Positions 42,483-50,170 of a stretch of DNA of 50,990 nt are shown here, piece after piece. The stretch covers positions 1 to 50,990 of the forward strand of contig CAYXVB010000002.1 of assembly GCA_964467785.1 (NCBI GenBank), written 5' to 3'. The notes under the pieces were generated by a model, which did no database searches, was not told where the DNA came from, and saw only the letters and a program-made list of their open reading frames with translations. Each line of letters starts with the position of its first letter. Positions within the stretch are counted from its first letter, which is position 1. The position numbers were made by a program, and so were the translations under genes. The DNA is from an uncultured Bacteriovoracaceae bacterium. Lineage in GTDB: Bacteria; Bdellovibrionota; UBA1018.

Positions 42483-44261
42483 ATGAGAGTCCTCACCATC
42501 TCCCGAAGCAAGCTTGAGATCACACGGGCCCAACTGACCCGGCCCTTGATGACCATCGGACGCTCTCCCACCTGCGACGTCATCCTGCGCGCTCCAGGCA
42601 TCCGGCCTTTCCACTTTCTGATCGAGTGGATCGGCGAAGGCGCCTTCGATCCCAACCGTGGAGCCTGGTCGATCACCGACCTATCTACTTCCCAGTCGGG
42701 ACCGATGGCCGAAGGCAGCGAGCACGGCGAGGGCCAGATTCTTTCCGAAGACGCCGTCCAACTGGGAGACCTCACGTTCAACGTGGTGGATGACCGCCTC
42801 GAAGTGCGCGAGGACATCGGCGGCACGATCGGCGCCAATCTCCAGGGGAGCCACAAACACGGAACCGAACTGCTCGAGCTAGTCCAGGTTCGGCTCGACT
42901 CCGGCGCCATCGAGGAGATCAAGCACTTCCCGATCGTCCGCAAGACCCGGGTCCTGAAACCTCTCGGAAAGCACCGCAATTTCCGCATCGAATGGCAAGG
43001 TAAGAACAGCGCCACTCTGCTCAAGGTGCTCCTGGACGAGATGCCGGGCGCCGAGACTTTCAAGCGCGGCATCCGGATCCATCCGTCCCAGCAGGTCGAC
43101 GTGCTTCCCCACGATGTCATCCAGGTCCGCTGGCAGAGCCGCGACTTCTACCTCCGTTTCGTGTCCGAGATCAAATCCCCGCCGATCCCTCGCGAGGTCA
43201 TGGACCCGCTCCTGCGCCGGATCACGGTAGGCGTATTGCTTTCGACTCTGATCCTGCTCGCGCTGATCCGGCTCAACGCTCGCTACAATCCCCCCCAAGA
43301 GCCCAAGCCCAACCTACGCGTCGCCACCGTCGAGCTTCCGGCACCGCCCAAGGCCATCGAGACGCCCCCTCCTCCGCCGGTCGCGCCCCAGGAAGTCGCG
43401 ATCAACAAAAAGGCAGAGGCCCCGGAACCAAAACAGGCGCCTCAAAAAACGGACGAACCGATCCAGGTCGCGCCTCAAAAGCGAAACGCGTCGCCGGCCA
43501 AGGCCTCAGCGCCGCGCTTTGAGACGGCAAACTCCGCCAAGCCCAAAGCCGGCCTTAATTCGCCCGGCAAGCCCGCGGACGTCAACACCGTCGGTGTCCT
43601 CGGCGCGCTCAGCAAGCTCTCCGCCAAGGGCAAGGGTGTACGCGCCGACCAGGTGCTGAACGAAGGCATCATCACCGAGTCGGTTTCGGCGCCCGAGGGC
43701 GGCTCCAAGATCGTGGTCCGCAACCCGCCCGCCGGAGTGCTGGGCACAGGCACGGGCGGCTCCACCAAGGGCGAGGGCACACAGAATCTCGCGGCTGCTT
43801 CGACCACTCTCCAAGGCGCCGGCAAGTACGACCCCAACGCCGTAGGAGCGGTCGCGCGAAAAGGCGGCGAAAGCGGGATGAGCCTCGGCACCGATCTCAC
43901 TGGCCAGGGTTCCGGTTCGAGCGGCCTGGGCTCGCTAGATGGCGCGGACTTCAGCGTCGAAGGCGGAGGCCTGGACCGCGAGACGGTCCGGCGCGTGATT
44001 GCATCTTATCGCGGCGCGATCCGCACCTGCTACGAGCGCGCCCTGCTTTCCAACCCAAGGATGGCCGGCCGCATCGTGTACCACTGGCGCATCAGCCCGG
44101 ACGGGCCCGTTGTCACGACCAACATCAAGTCGGCGACCTTGGAGTCCGACAGCATGAAGGCCTGCGTGAGCGACGTGATCAGCAAGATGATGTTCCCGCG
44201 CGCGCCCAACGGCAAGGCGACCCAGGTCATCTATCCGTTCGTGTTCCAAGGTAAAAAATAG
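42483..44261 (+). CDS. FHA domain - TM - Pro-rich linker - TonB-C-like (AgmX/PglI-type C-terminal domain) protein, GltG-class candidate
   Basis: N-terminal FHA-like MTIGRSPTCDVILRAPGIRPFHFLIEW...WSITDLSTS. TM helix ITVGVLLSTLILLALI. Pro/Lys/Ala-rich PPKAIETPPPPPVAPQE. The C-terminus GGLDRETVRRVIASYRGAIRTCYERALLSNPRMAGRIVYHWRISPDG...MKACVSDVISKMMFP matches my recollection of the AgmX/PglI C-terminal domain. Confidence 0.75.
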   Translation: MRVLTISRSKLEITRAQLTRPLMTIGRSPTCDVILRAPGIRPFHFLIEWIGEGAFDPNRGAWSITDLSTSQSGPMAEGSEHGEGQILSEDAVQLGDLTFNVVDDRLEVREDIGGTIGANLQGSHKHGTELLELVQVRLDSGAIEEIKHFPIVRKTRVLKPLGKHRNFRIEWQGKNSATLLKVLLDEMPGAETFKRGIRIHPSQQVDVLPHDVIQVRWQSRDFYLRFVSEIKSPPIPREVMDPLLRRITVGVLLSTLILLALIRLNARYNPPQEPKPNLRVATVELPAPPKAIETPPPPPVAPQEVAINKKAEAPEPKQAPQKTDEPIQVAPQKRNASPAKASAPRFETANSAKPKAGLNSPGKPADVNTVGVLGALSKLSAKGKGVRADQVLNEGIITESVSAPEGGSKIVVRNPPAGVLGTGTGGSTKGEGTQNLAAASTTLQGAGKYDPNAVGAVARKGGESGMSLGTDLTGQGSGSSGLGSLDGADFSVEGGGLDRETVRRVIASYRGAIRTCYERALLSNPRMAGRIVYHWRISPDGPVVTTNIKSATLESDSMKACVSDVISKMMFPRAPNGKATQVIYPFVFQGKK

Positions 44262-44290
44262 TGAAAAAAAGAGTGTGCCTTGTGAAGGCA
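44253..44290 (-). terminator. weak putative intrinsic terminator for PilZ gene
   Basis: On the minus strand, TGCCTT-CAC-AAGGCA (44290-44276) is followed by CACTCTTTTTTTCACTATTTTTT. The stem is only 6 bp. Confidence 0.35.
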
Positions 44291-44321
44291 ACCCCGCCCG
44301 CCGCAGCGAGAGCGCGCTAGG

Positions 44322-45167
44322 TCAAGCTGCTTTCTTCTTCGAAGCCTTGTCCGCCGCCAGGATCCATTGCTCCAGCTTCTTAAGGCTCGACTCGGACGCA
44401 TCGACAAATCGCACGCGAAGCGGCGATTTCGGGTCCGGGAACAGCCGGCACTTGAGCTCGATGTTCTCGGCGGCAAACGGCGAGCCGATGAACACATGGC
44501 AGGCCTGGTTCCACATCTCCTCGGGCGGACGATGCTTAAGCTTCATCCCACCGATCGAGATGTCGTGGCTTTGGCTTCGGAAACTCTTGCCCTCGGCCGT
44601 GAGGATGACGCGGAATGGGAAGTTATAACGGACGGATTTGCGCTGTTCGATGCTTGCGACGACCGGGGCCGCGGGCGCAGCCTCTCCCACGGACGCCACC
44701 GGCGCCACAATCCCGCCCGCATCGGGCGCGACCTCAGGCTCGGAAAGCCCGGGCAGCTCCTGGGGTTCTTGAACACTCGGGGCGTTCGGCAAATTCTGCA
44801 AATCCGAAGCGGGTAAGCTGGACTGGACGACAATCGGCGCAGGCACGGGCTCCGACTCTTGAGCCTTCGATTCGGCCGGCTTCATTTCGTCGGAGGGCAT
44901 CGCGGCCACGGGAGCCGAAGCCAACTTGGATGGATTCGCAACGGAGTCCGCCCGGATCCCCGGCGACTCGCCTAAAAGGCCCCACTGTCCATGGCAGTGC
45001 GTCTTAAGAACCTGCAAAAAAGCGCGAGCCGCGACCACATCGCCCTTGAAGCGTATCTTGGCCCCGTCTTCATGATTCGAAAATACCCAAGTTTGAGACG
45101 ACATATCAGGGTACTGATCGGAGGAATCCGAAACAATCATGAGAGGTGTCATCCCTGACACCGTCAA
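44322..45167 (-). CDS. PilZ domain protein (c-di-GMP receptor type)
   Basis: The C-terminal domain has RKSVRYNF (RxxxR) and SHDISIGGMKL (D/NxSxxG). An N-terminal ~70-aa domain is followed by a Pro/Ala/Ser/Glu-rich linker. Confidence 0.75.
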   Translation of the reverse strand: MTVSGMTPLMIVSDSSDQYPDMSSQTWVFSNHEDGAKIRFKGDVVAARAFLQVLKTHCHGQWGLLGESPGIRADSVANPSKLASAPVAAMPSDEMKPAESKAQESEPVPAPIVVQSSLPASDLQNLPNAPSVQEPQELPGLSEPEVAPDAGGIVAPVASVGEAAPAAPVVASIEQRKSVRYNFPFRVILTAEGKSFRSQSHDISIGGMKLKHRPPEEMWNQACHVFIGSPFAAENIELKCRLFPDPKSPLRVRFVDASESSLKKLEQWILAADKASKKKAA

Positions 45168-45192
45168 AAAACAGAACTGACCTGGATTTTCC

Positions 45193-46566
45193 TTACAAAT
45201 TCAGCTGGAGGCCGAGGCTGGCCGTACGCAAGCCCACCGCGCTGACGGAGTTGACGTTGGTTAAGGCGAGGTCGGAAAGGTCCAGGGTCACCGCGATCGG
45301 CAATCGAGCCTTGGGAGACGTGACCTGGTAGGAACCGCCAACCGCGAGCTCCCGATTGCCCAAGATCATGCGGCCACTATCGATGATTGGGGCGAACTTG
45401 ACGTACAGGGCCCACGCCCGGCTCCCTGGCGTCGCGCGAAAGACCGCGAGATTGACCTGAGGTCCGACTAGCTGGGCCAGGCCATAGTTCGCGCTCGCCA
45501 CGCCCATGCTCCAGAAGTACCAGCCCGCCAACATCCTCACCTTGGTCTCCAACCGGAAGGGCAGCGTGTACCCGACGCGGCCGTTGACGCCGAGGAACAT
45601 CGCGGGCGAAGCCGTGTTTCCGCCGACCAGCCCTTGAAACGTCGTTCCAAAGGCCGCGACATTGGCGTAACCGCTCAAACCGAGATCGAGCTTGCCCGGC
45701 AACAACTGGTACGCGACGCCGCCCTTCACCGTCGCGGCGTACTGATTGACGGACATGGTCGACGACTCCGTCTGCGTATACGTCATCGTGGTGCCGCCGA
45801 TGCCAAAGAAAAAGCTCAGTCGCTTGGCGTAGCTGTAATTGATGTCATAGACCACTTTGCCGCGACCATTGAGCGTCGCGACCGTGTAATCCCCTATCTT
45901 GTTCGCGCCCGTCACCGGCTTGGCCGGAAAAGCGACACGGAGCAAATCCGCGCGCGGATGGGGACTCTTTTCCGGCAAAACAGATCCCCGCTGAAAGCTC
46001 GCGTCTCTCGAGCGGATCACGTGCAAGTTGGCGCCGGTGGGAGACTTTTCGCACCAAATCGCGTGGTAAAGGTAGTTCGCGGTGATGCCGCGACCGGGTT
46101 CCGATTCGCGCGGATGAGACGAAATATCCAGCGAGCCGCAGCTCGGATGAACGATGGCTTCGGGGGTCGGCGACACCACCAATACGCCGAAATCGAATTC
46201 AAGCTGCTGGCCGGCCGCGTTCATCACCGTCAAACGCGCGTTGGCCTGAATAGACTGCGTGGAGATCTCCAGGCGGTCTCCTTCAATGCGGCCTTCGAAC
46301 TGCGGGTTAGTGATCTTGAGGATGCGCGACTTTCTCGATGGCGTGACGGAAACGCGCAGCACGGGCTCCTGCATCGCGGCCTGCCCTCTGACTGAGCGCC
46401 AATCCCACCAGACCTTCGTAGGCCAGTCGAGCGGGACGCTCTTACCCTGCTTGTTGACGAAAATCAGCTGAACCCGCGGGGTGGTCCGCGTATCGATCGC
46501 GGCCTGAGACTCGGGGCCCCCCAAAAGCCCGACCGAAAAAGACAACGCGGCAGACCGCAAAATCAT
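45193..46566 (-). CDS. outer-membrane-type protein (N-terminal soluble domain + C-terminal beta-barrel-like region)
   Basis: ATG 46566 gives MILRSAALSFSVGLLGGPESQAA, a signal peptide. The C-terminal half has an alternating Gly/aromatic strand pattern ending LGLQLNL. Confidence 0.55.
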   Translation of the reverse strand: MILRSAALSFSVGLLGGPESQAAIDTRTTPRVQLIFVNKQGKSVPLDWPTKVWWDWRSVRGQAAMQEPVLRVSVTPSRKSRILKITNPQFEGRIEGDRLEISTQSIQANARLTVMNAAGQQLEFDFGVLVVSPTPEAIVHPSCGSLDISSHPRESEPGRGITANYLYHAIWCEKSPTGANLHVIRSRDASFQRGSVLPEKSPHPRADLLRVAFPAKPVTGANKIGDYTVATLNGRGKVVYDINYSYAKRLSFFFGIGGTTMTYTQTESSTMSVNQYAATVKGGVAYQLLPGKLDLGLSGYANVAAFGTTFQGLVGGNTASPAMFLGVNGRVGYTLPFRLETKVRMLAGWYFWSMGVASANYGLAQLVGPQVNLAVFRATPGSRAWALYVKFAPIIDSGRMILGNRELAVGGSYQVTSPKARLPIAVTLDLSDLALTNVNSVSAVGLRTASLGLQLNL

Positions 46567-46824
46567 CTTTCCTACAGCGCATACTGCACTTTTTCGGGTT
46601 CTCAATTCCATGAGGTGCTATCCGTCCAATTTCGAACTTTCTTTAAGGATAACACCAAGCATATCGAAGCGAAGTAGATTCTTTAACCGCTTCGGCCGAG
46701 GTTCTGAATCGTCCATGAGATCGCGCGGGGTCCAACTGGACACAGCCGGATCGTGGGCACCAATGAATAAATACCATTGAAGATATTGAAGCCGACTCCC
46801 GTCGCTTTTTTGACGGCCCAACGC

Positions 46825-47334
46825 TCAGGCGCTACGCCACTTCCCTCCCTCCTCCGGCGGAGCGAGCGCTTCGAAGCGCTCTTTGATCGCTCGAAAGAAC
46901 CGGCGCTCATAGTACGCCTTGAACCAGGCCAAAGCCGCAAATCCGATTCGATCCCGCACCCGGTATCCGCCTTCCCATTTAATGAGGGCCTTGCCTCCAT
47001 AAAGCGCGCGAAAGTAAATCCTTCCCCCACCGGCTAAGGGATGCTGATCCGTCGTCTCGTATTGGATGTACCGGGGCTCAATGACTTCAATGATCCGGTA
47101 CTTGACCGTTCGATGCAGCGGGCCGAGCTTGTACGTCACCTCGATGATCGCGCCCCGAACGAACGCCGGACCCACTGCCGGGCCGGTTGACCGAATAAGT
47201 CGCGACTCCGAGAGCTCCCTTGGCCAAATTGAGGAGTTCGACGAATCGGCCAGAGCCGAGACGATCAACGCAAAGCTCCGTCTCTGATCGGTAGGACAAA
47301 TCCAGTCTTCCGAGAATCTCACCAGGCGAGTCAT
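46825..47334 (-). CDS. SRPBCC (START/polyketide-cyclase-like) family protein
   Basis: From ATG 47334 (MTRLVRFSEDW...). The pattern ...VTYKLGPLHRTVKYRIIEVIEPRYIQYETTD...GGGRIYF is typical of this fold. Confidence 0.5.
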   Translation of the reverse strand: MTRLVRFSEDWICPTDQRRSFALIVSALADSSNSSIWPRELSESRLIRSTGPAVGPAFVRGAIIEVTYKLGPLHRTVKYRIIEVIEPRYIQYETTDQHPLAGGGRIYFRALYGGKALIKWEGGYRVRDRIGFAALAWFKAYYERRFFRAIKERFEALAPPEEGGKWRSA

Positions 47335-47338
47335 GCAC

Positions 47339-47542
47339 TCAGGCGGACTCCTTGATCTGCTGATTCTCATGACGCGCCTGGCCCGCGATCCGCGCAAAAC
47401 CCGAACGCAAGGTCTCGCCGAAGCTTCCCTTCAATAGCGGCGTCGACACGCCGCGAGACTCGGCAAACTGCTGTAAGCGAAATCGGTTCTTCCAGACGAC
47501 ATAGCTTAAGCCGCTCAGCACGGCCAATCGTATCAACCGCAT
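47339..47542 (-). CDS. small hypothetical membrane protein
   Basis: 67 aa with N-terminal TM helix IRLAVLSGLSYVVW. Its stop lies 5 nt before the next start. Confidence 0.4.
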   Translation of the reverse strand: MRLIRLAVLSGLSYVVWKNRFRLQQFAESRGVSTPLLKGSFGETLRSGFARIAGQARHENQQIKESA

Positions 47543-47698
47543 AAATTAAGTCCTTTCCGCAATTTTTTGACGCCGATTTGCGCAAAAGAAAAGCAACCGC
47601 CATGCCGCGAAAAATTCCCCGATAAATAGCAACAACACGCATACGGTGACGAACGACACATTTACAATCCGATGGCCGCCTGATTACAATCAGACTCG

Positions 47699-47983
47699 AT
47701 GATGATGCAAGCGACCTTCATTCCTGACGGCTTTGACGTCTTTCCGACAATCTTTCTGCAGTCGGGATTTCCGCTCAAACTCTCGGTCTACATCTGGACC
47801 GTCCGCAAGGACGTTCCCCCCGTTTTGTTCCGCGCGCGAGGGTCAGTGCTCGAACTCGACGAGATGCTCTCGCTCCGCAAGCTCTCCGATCGCCAGGTCC
47901 TCGCGCTCAGATGTGACATTCTCGAAGCGATGGAGTACTACGAAGAAGACCCGCTCTACAGCCCCCAAAGAAATCAACGCTGA
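47699..47983 (+). CDS. hypothetical small protein (94 aa) upstream of ATP-grasp gene
   Basis: ATG start with an ordinary composition and acidic/aromatic C-terminus EAMEYYEEDPLYSPQRNQR. 47 nt upstream of the ATP-grasp gene. Confidence 0.45.
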   Translation: MMMQATFIPDGFDVFPTIFLQSGFPLKLSVYIWTVRKDVPPVLFRARGSVLELDEMLSLRKLSDRQVLALRCDILEAMEYYEEDPLYSPQRNQR

Positions 47984-48030
47984 ACTTCAGGCCCGCTGAA
48001 AAACCGTACCCCGCAACCGGAGCCCGCATC

Positions 48031-49191
48031 ATGATGATCATCACCCGTCCGTCAGTCTCGCCCTACCTGGCACGCACATTGTTCGAGCTGCAGGAGCCGG
48101 TCGTCCTCGTCGATCCGCTCTGGGTCCCGATGAAGCCAGCTCTTCGGATCCAGGACCAGGATCTGATCCGGAAAAACCCTCAGCTCGCCTCGGACTCGCT
48201 CCTGTTGACGAGCTTCGAGAACGGTCTGCACTTTCTTTACGAGGTGATCCCCTCGGATCCCCGCATCGAGGCGGCGCGGCTTTTCAAAGACAAGGCGGAA
48301 TTCCGCCGCCGTCTGGCGCGCGAGTATCCGCAGTTCTTCTTCGAAGAGCACACGCTCTCGGAGCTCGACCAGATCGACCGCTCGCGCCTGCCCTACCCGC
48401 TGATCCTCAAACCCGCAATGGGTATCTCCAGCATCGGCGTCATCCGCGTCACCGGCCCGGACCAGTGGGACTCGGCGCTCGCCTACGTGCGCAAGGACCT
48501 CGCAAGCTACCAGCGCAACTACTCCAAGGCGGTAGTGGCGGATCAGAAGTTTCTTCTCGAAAAATGGATCGCCGGCACGGAGCTGGCGATCGACGGCTAC
48601 TATGACGACGCCGGCGTACCCGTGGTGCTCAACATCCTCGAGCACCCCTTTGCCAGCGACACGGACACGTCGGACCGCCTCTACTTCACCCGCCGCGCGG
48701 TGGTGCGCAAGCATCTGGATGCGGTCACGGATTTCCTGCGCCGAATGGGTTCGGCGCTCGATCTCAAGCGCTTTCCCTTCCACGCCGAAGTCCGGCGCGG
48801 CGACGATGGCGTGATCACCCCGATCGAGGTCAACCCGCTCCGATTCTCCGGCCTCGGCACGACCGAGATCGCGGAGTTCGCCTACGGGATCAACGTGTAC
48901 GAGCATTTCTTCCGCGGCCTCAAGCCCGATTGGTCGAAGATCCTCGCCAACCCGGATGACTCGATCTACGGCTTCATTTGCGCCGACGTCCCCACGGAGC
49001 TTTTCCGCGACCCCAAGCTCGAGATCCGCGACCGCGCGCTCTACAAGGAGTTCACGGAAGTGCTCGAGTACCGCCTCCTCTCCGAGACGGAAACCTCCAC
49101 GTTCGCGGTGATCTTCTTCCGTTCAGAAGACCCGGCCGAAGTCCGGCGCCTGCTCGGCCTCGACTTTGCGCCGTTCTTCACGAAGGCGTGA
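48031..49191 (+). CDS. ATP-grasp domain enzyme (carboxylate-amine/thiol ligase superfamily)
   Basis: Contains YPLILKPAMGISSIGVIRV (phosphate-binding strand/loop), LLEKWIAGTELAIDGYYD and PIEVNPLRFSG (Mg/ATP-grasp E.N motif). Confidence 0.7.
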   Translation: MMIITRPSVSPYLARTLFELQEPVVLVDPLWVPMKPALRIQDQDLIRKNPQLASDSLLLTSFENGLHFLYEVIPSDPRIEAARLFKDKAEFRRRLAREYPQFFFEEHTLSELDQIDRSRLPYPLILKPAMGISSIGVIRVTGPDQWDSALAYVRKDLASYQRNYSKAVVADQKFLLEKWIAGTELAIDGYYDDAGVPVVLNILEHPFASDTDTSDRLYFTRRAVVRKHLDAVTDFLRRMGSALDLKRFPFHAEVRRGDDGVITPIEVNPLRFSGLGTTEIAEFAYGINVYEHFFRGLKPDWSKILANPDDSIYGFICADVPTELFRDPKLEIRDRALYKEFTEVLEYRLLSETETSTFAVIFFRSEDPAEVRRLLGLDFAPFFTKA

Positions 49192-49238
49192 GCCGGCGAC
49201 GGGGCGCGCCGGCCGGCGAAACGTTCAACGCCGCTTCA

Positions 49239-49664
49239 TCAACGCTTGCGGGCGACCACTGCCAGCGAGATCATCTCCGCGCCGGTCTTCGTATCCGCCT
49301 GGGTGATCCGGGCCGGCTCGCCTTCGCGCGCCAGGACCCGGGGCGTGGCGAGCACCTGGCGCTTGCCATCCGGGGAGATCGTGCCGACCTCGAACTTCAT
49401 CAGGATGCCGTTGCGGCCCTAGATCGAACCTTCGGCCGCCGTGACCTCGACAAACGTCGTGCCTTCGGCGTTGCCCTGCGTGATGGTCGCCGACTCGCCC
49501 TCGCGGACCACGACGCGCGGCACTGACACCGGCTTGCCGTTCAACGACAGCTCCATCCGGAGGTCATAGACTCCGCCGCCGGCCGGGGTGGTCGGGGATG
49601 CGGACGCGGAAACAGAGGCCAGGGTCAGAGCGCAGAACGAAACGAAAATGTGGACTTTCTTCAT
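49239..49664 (-). pseudogene. secreted two-repeat protein interrupted by an in-frame TAG (49419-49421)
   Basis: The 81-aa ORF (signal peptide MKKVHIFVSFCALTLASVSASA) stops at TAG. The same frame continues for 59 codons to TGA 49239-41, and that continuation repeats the first half (PRVVVREGESATITQ vs PRVLAREGEPARITQ). Confidence 0.55.
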
Positions 49665-50080
49665 CTAGAAATTTTACGGGCGGCCGGCCTGGCGCGCACC
49701 TTCTTTTTGCCGCCAGCCCGGGCAAGGTTCTCTTTCACCCTGAATTTCGTGATCCGGGTCACGAGCGCGAGCGGCAGCGGCCTGTCCATCGGAAACTTGA
49801 CCGCGCCCTTGGAGTACTCGAGCCCCGCCTTCTCAAAGACCGCCTTGAACTCCGCGATCCCCGAAGCCGTCGGATAAAAACCGACGTGCTCCTTCATGGC
49901 CGCGAAATAGACCAGCGGCCGGCCCTCCAGCGCGAACGCCGGCATCCCGTAGCCGATCTTCTCTTCGGCGCCGGGCGCGGCTTTGCGGATCGTCGCGCGC
50001 ATCTGCATCAGGAGCTTTCTCACTCCGGCCGGAAACTCCGCCGCGTACTCCTCAAACTTCGTCGGGCCTTTGCTCTTCAT
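49661..50080 (-). CDS. DUF1801 (YdhG-like) domain protein
   Basis: Contains FEEYAAEFPAGVRKLLMQMRATIRKAAPGAEEKIGYGMPAF...YFAAMKEHVGFYP. ATGA overlap with the downstream gene. Confidence 0.65.
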   Translation of the reverse strand: MKSKGPTKFEEYAAEFPAGVRKLLMQMRATIRKAAPGAEEKIGYGMPAFALEGRPLVYFAAMKEHVGFYPTASGIAEFKAVFEKAGLEYSKGAVKFPMDRPLPLALVTRITKFRVKENLARAGGKKKVRARPAARKISR

Positions 50081-50170
50081 CGACTCAGGCTCTCATTTCG
50101 TCTGATTTTCGGACTTCGACACGGCATGCAAACAAAAGGCGTCAGACTCCTTTGAGGGAATCCCACTCCT

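Noticed and set aside
46700-46710. tRNA T-arm-like GGTTCTGAATC in the 46612-46824 spacer
   Set aside because: There is an extra base relative to GGTTCGAATC. The flanks cannot form a T-stem, acceptor stem or anticodon arm, so this is not a tRNA.
46618-46821. 67-aa minus-strand ORF in the low-GC spacer
   Set aside because: No RBS, signal or domain is recognisable. It may be real, but I cannot support it. The spacer more likely holds promoter and terminator signals for the flanking genes.
48068-48082. Sigma-54-like promoter TGGCAC-N5-TTGT
   Set aside because: It lies inside the ATP-grasp coding region, 37 nt after the start, with one mismatch in the -12 element (TTGT vs TTGC) and no obvious gene to drive. 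It is probably a chance match.
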